From NCBI GenBank assembly GCA_030704615.1, contig CM060732.1:16616001-16680000 (forward strand): a stretch of 64,000 nucleotides of DNA, given 5' to 3'. The notes under the pieces are model-generated. The model saw only the letters and a list, made by a program, of their open reading frames with translations. It was not told the origin of the DNA and ran no database searches. This document shows, in pieces, positions 38,701-49,700 of the stretch (positions are counted from its first letter, which is position 1; each line of letters opens with the position of its first letter). A program made the position numbers and the translations under genes. The DNA is from Takakia lepidozioides. Its lineage: Eukaryota; Plantae; Bryophyta.

Positions 38701-39831
38701 TAAGCTGGTTTTCCAGTGGGATGCCCTTCACTATGACGAGGATCCAGTCCTCCCATGCCGTAAGGGGTCTGATTCAAAGCCATTATATTTCAAGAACTTG
38801 TCTAGAGTGTGGGCAGACTGGCCATAATGGACTTATGAGGACACTATTCTTGTTGACGACACACCAAGAAAGGCGACAAACAATCCTCCTTCAGTGGGAT
38901 TTTTCCAGAGCCATGAAAAGTGCAACCAAATTCACCAACTGATGAGTATCTAACATAGGTGTTGTGGCCTTTCTTGTGGAAGGCATCGAAAGCTGCCAGT
39001 ATTCCCAAGTTTTTGGAGTTTCAGCCTGTTTTCGGACAACAACCATACAACACTGCTACTGTGAAGGTACAAACATTCTGACAGTGCTCCAGAGGCTACA
39101 AGTTTTGTGGGTTCATTCATTGCATTGCTTTCCTGGATGCTTCTCCTCGGTTGCTTGATTAATGCTAGGTTTTCTTTGCAGGTTTTCATGTTGGCTTTTT
39201 TTGTTTGATTCATATTTGGATTTTGTTTCTATTCACTATTCCTGTTTGCTCATTGCTTTCCTGGTTGTTCTCTGGTCTGTGACACAGGAACTTGTGACAA
39301 ACAAAGGTGATATTGTCGACAAGCCGGTACAGACCAGGGGCAAGAGTGTCGACCCGGCGAGTAGCCCCCCAAAAGAGGTCTCACAACCACTCGAGACTGC
39401 AAATGGAGTAAGTCCAGGCCCTTGTCTTGTTTGTTTTATTTTTTCCAACCTTGGGGCTCTATTTAATTCGCAAATGTTGAGTGTCCTAGTCGTGTGTATG
39501 TCATGGGTTTTCATATCGTGTTTTTTTTTGTGTGGAGTTGGGATCACAGTTCAGGGTGGGTGATGAGGTTCGGCTGTTGGATGTGAACTCCAAATGCAAG
39601 AAAGTTGGAGTAGGGCTGATTGTTGCTCTTCAAGGTGCTGTGGTGGGTTACGGGTACCCTGCTGTGCACCTTGATTATGCCTATGTGTACATCAAAGAGG
39701 CATGTGTCAGTAACACCCCTCTACCATATGTGAATGGTGTTAGGAAACATATCGAGTTGGGGCAAGTGGTTGGCCAGACAACACTTTGGAGTCTAAAGTT
39801 AACCTTAGATGTGCTGGTATCTTTTGAGTAG
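35793..39831 (+). pseudogene. CACTA second gene (TnpA-like, multi-exon) with an embedded FCP1/NIF-type HAD phosphatase domain and a C-terminal Tnp1-like beta domain
   Basis: Pro/Tyr/Gly-rich exon 36.6-37.2 kb; coiled coil 37.9-38.05 kb; HAD motifs 38.46-38.9 kb; VGDEVRLLD..VGVGLI..PLPY..GQVVGQTTLW at 39.55-39.79 kb. Exon structure not fully resolved. Confidence 0.6.
38455..38905 (+). pseudogene. FCP1-homology (NIF) HAD-family phosphatase domain with in-frame stop at 38825-38827
   Basis: LLILDLNGLL, LRPRCYEFLQKCFEHFEVAVWS, YFKNLSRVW, and after the stop TILVDDTPRKATNNP. Confidence 0.85.
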
Positions 39832-40079
39832 GTGTACAATATGAGGCTGGCAATACTAACAATTTTAATGGTCCCTTAATTAAAACATATAGTAAAGCTG
39901 CATGGCCCAAGATTCAAGACGCAAATATAAACTATTTCGGAAAACAATCTTGATGACATGTGACATCACACCTGCTTAAACCAAAACACGTGGCAGTATA
40001 TGACACGACATTCTTTATCCATATTTATATTTATTAATTAAAATATATTTCCAAATCATAAATCATAAATAAATTTTTA

Positions 40080-40395
40080 ATTATTACACGTGGAGTAACA
40101 AGTGGTTTCAACCACTTCTCATCACTGAGGTGTCTATAACCACTCACAATCTACCACTGTACTCGTCCACGTGGAATATATTATATTATATTACCAAATA
40201 ATAAATAATAAATAATAACAAAATATTACACGTGGACTACTGAGTGGTTGAAACCACTTCCAACCATTGTCTGTGATGCCACCGTGGCATTTCATCGGGA
40301 TTAACCACTGGCAAGTGTTTACTAGTGGTTTATAGAGTGGGAAAAGACAGTAGTGATTAAAGGGCCAGTGGTTATTCCACGTTTTCCTTCTAGTG
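40080..40395 (-). repeat. CACTA right terminus (reverse complement CACTAGAAGGAAAACGTGG...) with AGTGGTT/AACCACT subterminal motifs
   Basis: CTAGTG at 40390-40395 is followed at once by MULE coding sequence. Confidence 0.8.
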
Positions 40396-42513
40396 AGAGG
40401 AGCACCGTTCCATGTGTCTTGCGTGGAAATGTGCTTCCACCTTGGATGATACAGAGACACAGTTTGCATGTATACGGGCTTGGTAGACAACGTCAGGTGT
40501 TGTAAAGAAATCAGACGAGGGAGCAATGGTCAGTTGGCTAGCATGGTGGCATTATCGTTTCCTCCAGTTCGGCGACTATATGCGGGAGGTGAGTTGGACG
40601 AATTCACGTCCCGTTCAATTTTTATGCTAGTCATTATTTGTAACTTCCTTGTAACCTGATAATGTGCATGTGCAGGAAATGTGTCTGGACTCTAACACCG
40701 ACATGCTGACAACAAACATGGCCGAATCAATACATTCTTCTTGGCGTGCCTCCTCTGCGGCACATCTAGTGGACATCCTCACTGCCACAACGGAGGACAT
40801 TGTGAGGTTAATTATGCAGCAATGCAGGTACAACGAGTTCTTGAAAGGGAAACAGTGGGGCTTGGGGCCAGACAGGCAGAAAATGCTGATGCGGACTGCC
40901 TCCAGATCGAAGAATCCTCGGAAATGGGCGGCAGCTTTGCGAGAGGGCCTTCGAGACACGCCATTGCTTCGAAGAGGCCAACACTTGGAAGGAGATGTTC
41001 ACACTCGTCCAGTGAGACGAAGACTTGACGAGGCACCTGGCGGAGAAGAGGATTCATGGCGAGCTGACAAGAATATTCGCACGCTCCCTCGTGGTCCCGT
41101 AATGTTGCCCGAGGACGTCTCGTCGAGCACCGCAAGCCTTGCACGTTCAAGATCGCTATCTCCTTTGAGCACAGGGCACGTGCCCGAAGAACATAACGAG
41201 CCATCTGTAGTAACGCAGTACAACATACCCATTATGGAGACAAGAGTGTTGGAGTCACATGGAGAATTGCAAGGACATTACCAGCATTTCGAGGGAAGTG
41301 CTGCGTCATCCGGGTGGATACGAGAGCACGCTGTAATGAGATGATTCAGAGGAACCCACACGGTACTGTACCTGCACCTTGTTTCAGCGGCAGATTTTTT
41401 ACTCACAGATTTTCTCACGCCACAACGCATACGTTTTGGTTCTGTAGGCATGACATAATGACTTGTGTATTTGGCAAGCCCAAGTACGGGATTCAGGGAA
41501 TGCCGGAGCCTCCGGGCGTCTGGCCTGTTGCACCAGGTTGCAACCTCTCTCAGAATGAGGCGGATGCTCTTTCTGCAGCAGGATTTCGAATGGTGCAACG
41601 CACAGACATCCCGGCCCACCCTTTCCAGTTCCTCAGACCCAGCCATTGCAGACTGCGAGGTCCAGTAGAGACGGATTGGACAATTCTGCACATCCCACAA
41701 TGCGATTCGGAAGAGTGAAAAGACGACACCCTCCCAACAAGTTGAATGAGACTCGGATTGCCAATGCTTTTGGGATAGCTTGCACTATTCAGAGCTCATG
41801 GGACATACCCGCACCCGGCCTTGGGCGTGTTTATCGGATGGCAACGGCCGGCTCAGTTGTACGCGACGACGTATACACAATTACAATCGGAGTGGAGCCG
41901 ACCTGCAATTGTACAGACTTCTCGTTGATGGAAGCAAAGAAGGGGACAAAGTATTATCCGTGTAAACATCTGTATTGCATTTACCTAAGAGGTTGAGGAT
42001 GAACTTGAGTATTGATGACTTTGTTCATGCACCAGCATTGAGCGTGAACGAGCTGCACAAACTCCTCGGCAGGGATTCCAGAAATCATTGATGGGGCAAA
42101 GGGAATCCACCATATGGATATTTGCAATTGCATTTTTATGCATTAGACTTTGTTTTGCAGTGTAATGAAATGCACCCCAAAACTCTAGAAATGAGATAGA
42201 CAATATTAAAGTAATCTCTTTCAAACACATTATGGACTTCTGGATATCTGTTGACCTCCAGTGGCAGTTTAATGTCGAAACAAAATCCATACTAAGATGG
42301 CGGCAGGAAAAATTTGCAGATCTTCCAGAAAACTGAGTTCCAATAGTATTAGTTGTGGGGGCCATTTGTGGAAATATAGCGCCGACTTTCCCTATTTTGG
42401 GCTGAAAACTAACTAAGTCCCAACATATATGGGAACGATGTCTGGAAAAATGGCGCCGAATTTCCAGTTACATGGCCCGGATTTGCCCAACATCTGTGCA
42501 ATCCTCGGCACCG
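40396..42513 (+). mobile_element. MULE copy 2, 3' half of transposase and start of the subterminal array
   Basis: Collinear and highly similar to 13358-~15380, with the same intron, SWIM finger and GGCGCC motifs (42378, 42452). Confidence 0.92.
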
Positions 42514-43290
42514 CACTACAACATATGAGCATTTTTATGACTTCACATATGATTATTTTTCCAGTCTTATATGCGTTCATGACTACATCACTCTGTAGTG
42601 AAAAAAAATCCTGTCATAGCGACTAGTCTTTAGGACTGCGTTTTGCAAGTCATATCCGTGACTGCTTGCGTGGCACCGGGAGTCCTGCTACAGAGAGGGT
42701 TGCAGTCACAACTATATAACTAATATATGACTACATTGTTTGTTGAGCGCTGCCTACATGGAGAGGCTTCAGCGGGACACGTGCGCCACTGCGCAAGCGA
42801 CACGTCATGCATTCGTCAGGGGATCATATGACTATATGTCTGTAAAGTGATGCCTACATGGAGAGGCGACGGATGGACACGTGCGCCACTGCGAATTTGA
42901 CATGTCACGACTTCTTGCCATGATCATATGACTACATGTCTGCACAATGATGCCTACATGGAGAGGCGCTAGCGGGACATGTCTGCTATGGCAGATTTCA
43001 CACGTGGTGACTACATGACTCGCTCATATGACTACAGGGATGTCTACATGGAGAGTTGTTAGCGGGACACCTGTTGCCATGTGGTGCATGTTGCTCAAAG
43101 TGGTTAAAGACACCTCATTGATTTGTACCACTTTGACAGTGGTGGAGAGTGGGTGGTGAAAGACACTGCAGTAATTGGAACCACTATTCTAGTGGTCGCT
43201 CATGAGTGGTTGCCTACACAACAGTGATTGGTATCACTTTTGTGGTGATACATGAAAAACTTTAAGTGGTTTGTGCACCTGTGACAGACT
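42514..43290 (+). mobile_element. CACTA left terminus (CACTACAACATATG...) with subterminal repeats; remainder absent
   Basis: CACTAC start; repeated TGCCTACATGGAGAGG..GACAC(G/A)TG at ~42750, 42851, 42951 and 43042; ATATGACTAC motifs shared with the CACTA intron at ~34.8 kb. Confidence 0.65.
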
Positions 43291-43659
43291 TCGAAAAACA
43301 GACAAGTGTCCAGACCATTGTAGGATGATGCTATTGAACAAGTGGTTCCAACAAAAGGTTGGTATAGAGAGCTATCGGCTCTATACAGAGTTTGCTATTG
43401 GAGGCATAATTGGGTAGTGATATGATACAAACCTTTTGAGGGTATCCAGAGTTAATGAATGATTGGAATAATAACTTTGGAAATGAGAGGCCATTAATCG
43501 AATCAGATGAGGATGATTGGTGGTAGAAACCATTCAGAAGGGAGATTTAAGTAGAATTGAGCAGTTTAGTATCATTGTTTTATCATGGTATAGTGCTTTC
43601 CTGCAAACGAACTTTGGACTGATTAATTTTATTGTTGGAGTTAATTATAGTTTTTATTC

Positions 43660-43836
43660 TACAATAGAATGATTTATCCTTCATATGGGTAAGGGTAAGT
43701 ATAATTCAAAATATTTATCCCTACGAAGGGTAAGGATAAGGGTAAAATAAAAAGGGTGTATCCGATCAATCATTTATCTTTATCCTGATTTATCCACCGG
43801 ATAAAGCTGGATAAATGTTTTACCCGCACAACACTG
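43660..43836. mobile_element. Probable hAT right end (reverse complement CAGTGTTGTGCGGGTAAA) with GGATAA/TTATCC subterminal motifs
   Basis: CAACACTG terminus plus clustered short motifs; no partner TIR found. Confidence 0.4.
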
Positions 43837-43982
43837 GCCAAGATGGAATCACTTGAGTCTGCCAACTAAGGTTGAAGCAAAGTGCATGGGCCTGTACCAT
43901 AGGGTCACCACCATACTTAATTAATTAGTTCATTGACAATGCCTTCAAGTCCACCAGTTTTATAGCCTTAGATGGTTTAGAG

Positions 43983-44739
43983 CACTGTTGTATTGGTATG
44001 TCCATTTTGGCATACCCGACTGGTCCTGGTAGGTCCAACTTGGCTCTTGGGTCCAATTGGTAGGGCCCGGGGTAGATTAGGACTGGCCAGGGTAAGTTAT
44101 AGGATGGGTATGGGTATTTCGAATATTGAGATACCCTGGTCCTAGGCATGGGTATGACAAAAACTCAAATGACATACTGGGGCAGTATGTACAATGGTAT
44201 GGTTATTATTTTAATGGATGGTATCTTCGACAATTATATTATATATTATGGTATTTTAAGGTTAACTTCATGTAATTTTTAAATGTCTTTTATATTTGTA
44301 CCCACAAACCCTTGTTGTTATTTATAAGTTTATATTTTTGGTACATGGTTATATTATGGTGATCCATGTGATCATGGGATACATGATGCCAGCGGCTCAA
44401 ATCAGTGATGCCAACGGCTAGGAGCCCAAAGATATAGTGCTATTTTTTACATTGCACAAATGTGAATGAGAACAAGCACAAAAAAAATTGTATCATTATA
44501 CATACCCATGCTAGCCTGGGTTCATCAATCCTCAATACAGGTCTCAAGCTGAGTATGAAAATAGTTCATACTTAGACTGGTATGGTAGGTAGGGGGGTAG
44601 GTCTAGTGTTCAAAACCCGGGGTCCAGGGTATAGCCGGGGTATATGCCCCAAGACATACCCAACTGGTATGTTCTACAATACCCTTACTCATACCAGTGC
44701 ACATATCCCGGCCGACTGGCACATACCAGTACAACACCG
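43983..44739. mobile_element. Non-autonomous hAT element (MITE-like)
   Basis: Imperfect TIRs CACTGTTGTATTGGTATGT and reverse complement CGGTGTTGTACTGGTATGT; 8-bp flanks GTTTAGAG and GTTTACAG (7/8 match); many GGTATG/CATACC motifs. Confidence 0.8.
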
Positions 44740-46400
44740 GTTTACAGCTTCCACGATCTCAGAAGAACTAGTGGGTGCGTTGTAAACCTTTGCGATATAC
44801 TCCATCGTTACCTCTACTTCTATTAATTTATTATGTCATGGTTTGCATTTTTTTTTTGGGCCCTGTGTGTGCAAAGCCCCCAAGTACTACTACGTAGTAA
44901 GTAGTAAGAATAGATAGTAAGATGCAAGGGAAGAGAGTCTGGCTCTCTTTATATACCCTAGTGGGGCGGTGGGACCTTCTAGAAGGCTGCCCTAACACAC
45001 GTCACTCCTAGAAACCACCACGCCTGACCCCAATCTAACCATGAACCATCCCCTATTTAATAGGTCTTATCTTCCTACCTTTCCCCTCCCCTTACATGAC
45101 AGTTATTAATTGAACTCCTGCTGTAGCTTACTATAACTCCCGCTTCATAATTCCTAGACCACTCTCTAATCCCCACACCCCCTTTCAAACATGGGCCCCT
45201 TATTCCAGTTCATCAGGGCTGTCTTGGAATATATGAACAGGTTTTTCTACTGTGTCCGTTCTTTAGACGGCCCCTCACTATTACAATTAGATTCCGGGGT
45301 TTGGTTGCAAATAGAAGGCCCCACCAAGCTTCAAAACCCTAACCAAGTCATCTTTTTTGGTACGGGTTGGAAGGAGGCTCTTAGGTGTGTAGACATTGGC
45401 CTTGTTGAAAACAGTATCATTTGAATTCCAGCAACGGGTCATGTAGGATGATGACGTGGATGATCTGGGCTAGGCTTGGTCGAGATCGTAGACCCTTCCA
45501 GAGCTGGCGATCAGGCCTGGAGGTTGTGTTTGGGATTTGGCGGCGGTAATCCGACTGTAGACCTAAAATATCTACCGTCTCTCCCACTGTCACGCGTATG
45601 GGCAAGTGCAAGTGCAAAGCTTTGATACTTGTATTTTGTGCAGCGAGAACCATGCAATCTGGGTATTTTAAAGTGTAGAGGCAGCCAGTTATTTTAGGAA
45701 CTGATTCTCTTTGGAGGATGCTGGATCCAAGTAGGGCTCATGGGAGATAGGGCGGGAAGAATGCGGGTGAGGAGTCTAGCAAAGACGGCATCAGAATGCT
45801 GTGCCCGGGCTTGACAAACGAGGTCGCGTGTTTTGGGGTAGGCCACATGGCGGTGCGGTTATGGGGCAGCGGTGTGCAGGGTTTGGTGCGGGCAGGGTCG
45901 CTACGGATTCTGCCATCGAGCCACCTATATGAGCGCTTCTGTAAGTGTCATGTGTGAGTATATTTTTTGTTAGTTGTATCTATGGCTTTTCTCTCACCTT
46001 CTCCGGTATCGGTGAGCATAGAGTTCTACACATGGGTGCAATGTCTGTAAGGCCACTCGACCGGACTTGATCGAGTGGTGTGTACCATGCATTGCCTTAA
46101 GTTTTGAACACTATTGGGCTACGAAGAAATCACTGGTTGTATTTAGTCCGTAGCTAGGTTGCAGAAACGATGGAAGTGGTACTTAAACCCTACAACCTAT
46201 TATTAGGTTTTTTCACGCAGAAACTCTATTTTCATCTGGAATCCAACGTTGAACATGTGACTGGTTCAGTTGGAGGTATCTGAGAACTTGAACTCAGCGT
46301 TTTCCGTGCATTAAGATATTTGTGAACAGGTTGGAAGTGTCTAGTTGCTATTTACTGTTCTATGCTTCAATGACTGAAGGGCGGGATACTTGATTTGGTC

Positions 46401-46694
46401 ATGCTTGCAGCAGCAGCGAAGGCAGCTCTGGTGACACCCATGCAAATGCGGGCCTTGGCTAACTCCGCAGCGGCTTTGGAAGAGCCCCTTGATTCAGGCA
46501 AGAAGAGGCTGTCTAGGCAGGAGCGGGCAGCTCTCGTGGAATCATTTGTTCTTAAGTATGTCCCTCCCTTAACCAATCAGTCTTACAATCTCATGGCTCT
46601 TGGTTGGTGAGACTCCTCAAATATAGGTGAAAAACCAATGAATCTGTTTGGTACATGAATGGTAGACAGAGCTCGAGGCAGTTACTCGGTAGGA

Positions 46695-46763
<69 letters not shown>

Positions 46764-49700
46764 CCCTTCCCACAAGTTGAGTATCAACTTGCTGTGTGTG
46801 AGCTGCCCAGCAATCAGACCCCCAACAGGGCCAGGGCTTTAGGCTGACCCTCAAGATTTTGAAAGTTGCAACAGATATCACAGGGAGAAAGAGAGGGGCT
46901 GAAGCAAGACACTTTGGTGGAGATGGTGAAACGCATATGAAGTAATATAATGATGTTTGGGAATTTTTCTCTTTCAGGCACATGGATTCAAACCAGGGAG
47001 AGTTTCCTAGTGTCACTGTTGTGCTGAAGGGAACAGGCGGTGGGAGGAATGCTGTGAAGGATATACTGACTGAGCTGGAGAAACGCTACAAGAGCAGTAG
47101 TTCAGTGTTAAATGCTTCGGGGTCTCTAACTGGTAGCACAAATTCAAGTGGTATGATAGATGATCAAAGCCTATCGGCCGATTTTGATTTGAGAAAAGAT
47201 GCAGAAGAGACATCTGGTCTTGATCAGCAAATTGTGGTTTGTGGATCCTTACTGGCTAACTTAGAGGGAGACACTAAGGCTGGTGTGTCATCAGTTGTCA
47301 TAGCTGCAGAGGGTGCTGGATCAGTACTCGTGGAAGCAAAAGCAGAAGAAGTTTCTGAAGAAAATGTAGTTGAAACCACAGCAGGATTAAGAAGAGATCT
47401 GGAGGAGGGTGGTTTAAGGCTGACAAATGGACAAATGACTGGGTCAACCAAGGGAGAGATAGAGACTCATAGTGGGTTGTGGGCGCGGCTTCGTGGCATT
47501 GGGACCTCTCAATCTCAGAAACAAGGTTTTACCAAGCAGCCTTGCCAACAATCATTGCCTTCTCGGACTCAACCATCTTCTAGAACAAAGAGCAATGGTG
47601 GGTGGGTGAGCATGCGATCGGCAGATGAAGGGTCCATGGACAGTGTTAATGAGGGTGAGGATGGCCCCGAGTTTGCAGCCCTGGATTACCCAGAGCCTTC
47701 AGAAAGTGATCACCAGAACATCTCCAGGCTTGGAGGTGCGAGCGAGAAGGGATTTGGAAATGGGTCCAAGTTCTGGAAGGACACAGCAGTGGAGAGGCAT
47801 GGTCTTTTTGTTCGTTATTTGTCACCACAGGCCTCAGCAGATGATATGAAGGAAGCCTTTGAAGACTGCGGGGAGATAGTGAGGGCCCAGGCAATCAAGT
47901 CTCGGACCAACTCCAAGTTTACATATGGCTTTGTTGACTTCAAGGTTTGTTTCTTGGGGTTTAACCAATGAAGTTTCCTTGTACTCCTTGTGTTGTGAGA
48001 AATGCCTTCCTCTGCTGAGGTCTATGATCTTCTGTACGTTGTGGCAGAAACCATGGATTTAGTTGACTATGGGTTTTGAGGATGAGCTTCCAATTGTCAA
48101 AGTTGTGCCTAAACTGCTTCTTGTTTGAGTTCTCTTTGCTTCAATCTTTCTCAAGCTTCAGCTTTTGCCTTCATTTTCGGTGACTGGCTTTGGCTGCCGG
48201 AGTCTTAGTAAGGCTTGACTTCCCGTACCTCCTCCTCTTCTCCCCTTCCCCTCCCACTGATTCTCACAAAAGTTGACAGTTTATCACAGAAGTGGAGGTT
48301 GCAAAGGTAGATCTGAAATTTATCTCTTCAATGTCTCTTGGGTTTTGCAGACGCCTCAAGGTTTGAGGAATGCACTAGACAAAGAGAAGGTCTACATCAA
48401 AGGAGTGCGCATACAGAAAGAGCCAAGTTCAAGTACTCGCGGGAAAGTAGACAGAGCTCTAAGCTCTGGTGCCTGGGCTTCAGATTCCCGTCCTTTCAAA
48501 ACAGGGGAGCTAATGCCTGGCAGCCCCCTCGGTGTTTCTAGAAGTGAATTGAGTAGGAACTGTGGGTATACTGTATCTGTAGGTGGGCTACCCTTGCACG
48601 TGCCCCTCATTCAAGTGGAGAATGCATTGTCCAAGTACGGAGAAATTGTTCGGTCTGAAATGACACATGACAAGTACGGAGCTTGCTGTGCACACTTGGA
48701 CTTCAAGGTAACCAATCTGAGCCACGCAATTGACTGTGTGAGGGCTTAACCAAACAGAGTGTACTCATAAGACATTTGGCGGAGCCTTGTGTCCATAGAC
48801 CCTGCGCCCAGTTTGGGTGGAACAAAAGGGAACAGATACTACCTTTGGAAGGGCCTCACTCAAGTACTGTGACTCACCTTGAGATCCTCTAGAAAGCCCT
48901 CACACAAGGATCAACTTGCTGTGTGTGAGCTGCCCAGCAATCGGACCTCAACAGGGCCAGGGCTTTAGGTTCAGCCTCAAGATTGTGAAAGTTGGTGAAC
49001 AGAGGTGCAGGGACAATGTTCTTGATGGTCCTGAAGAGGGTCACTCTCTGGTGAGAATATCCCAGACAATGCAACAGAAAATGGGTGTTGCCTTCAGGCT
49101 GCCTGCACATCGGACAATTATAATCTCCTCTTCCTCTCTTAACCAGAGATTGTACTCATAAGACGTTGTTTGCCGTAGCCTTGTGGCCATTGACCCCGCG
49201 CCCAGTTTGAGCGGGAACAAAAGGGACAGAACCTACCTCTGTCAGGGGCTGACGTTGGTAGTAAGACTTACCTCCATATAAAGAATTAATCCGGGTTTTC
49301 CAGATATCCTCTAGAAATCCCTTCACACAAGCATCAATCTGCTGTGTGTGATTTGCCCAAAAACTAGGCCTCAGGAGGGCCTGGGCTTTTGGCTCAGCCT
49401 CGAGACTTTCAAAGTTGGTAAACAGGGGTACAGGCACAATTCCCTTAATAGATTTGAAGAGAGCGTCTCTTTGGTGAGAGAACCCCGGACAGTGTATCAG
49501 AAAATGAATACTGTCTTCAGATTGCCCACACAACGGGCAATTGCACTCTCCCTTTCCTCTCTGCTTCTGTTTGCTGTTCAAAGGTAGGCTTCCTGCCCTG
49601 AGTTTAAATTTCAGTCTAGTGCCGAGAGTGGGTAGACCCTTGAGGTCATCCAAGATGTCCTCCCCCATGTCACAGACTGGAAACAAGTTCAGGGAAGTTT

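Larger units (their letters stand above)
15825..40395. mobile_element. CACTA (En/Spm) element interrupted by gypsy copy 2; right TIR ends at 40395; left TIR not seen and left boundary approximate
   Basis: Tnp2-family transposase and a divergent TnpA-like gene. The terminus ...TTTTCCTTCTAGTG abuts MULE coding sequence. 16328-16397 is homologous to repeats at ~29941 and ~30621. Confidence 0.75.

Noticed and set aside
40300-40327. Alternative CACTA end (..ACTAGTG at 40327)
   Set aside because: Subterminal-type motifs continue to 40395, where the exact junction with MULE coding sequence lies.
44880-45950. Possible old LTR or retroelement remnant
   Set aside because: No paired termini, TSD or recognisable protein motif could be established.
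46591-47016. ORFs with ERERER / SLSLSL runs
   Set aside because: Translation of an intronic (GA)n microsatellite.
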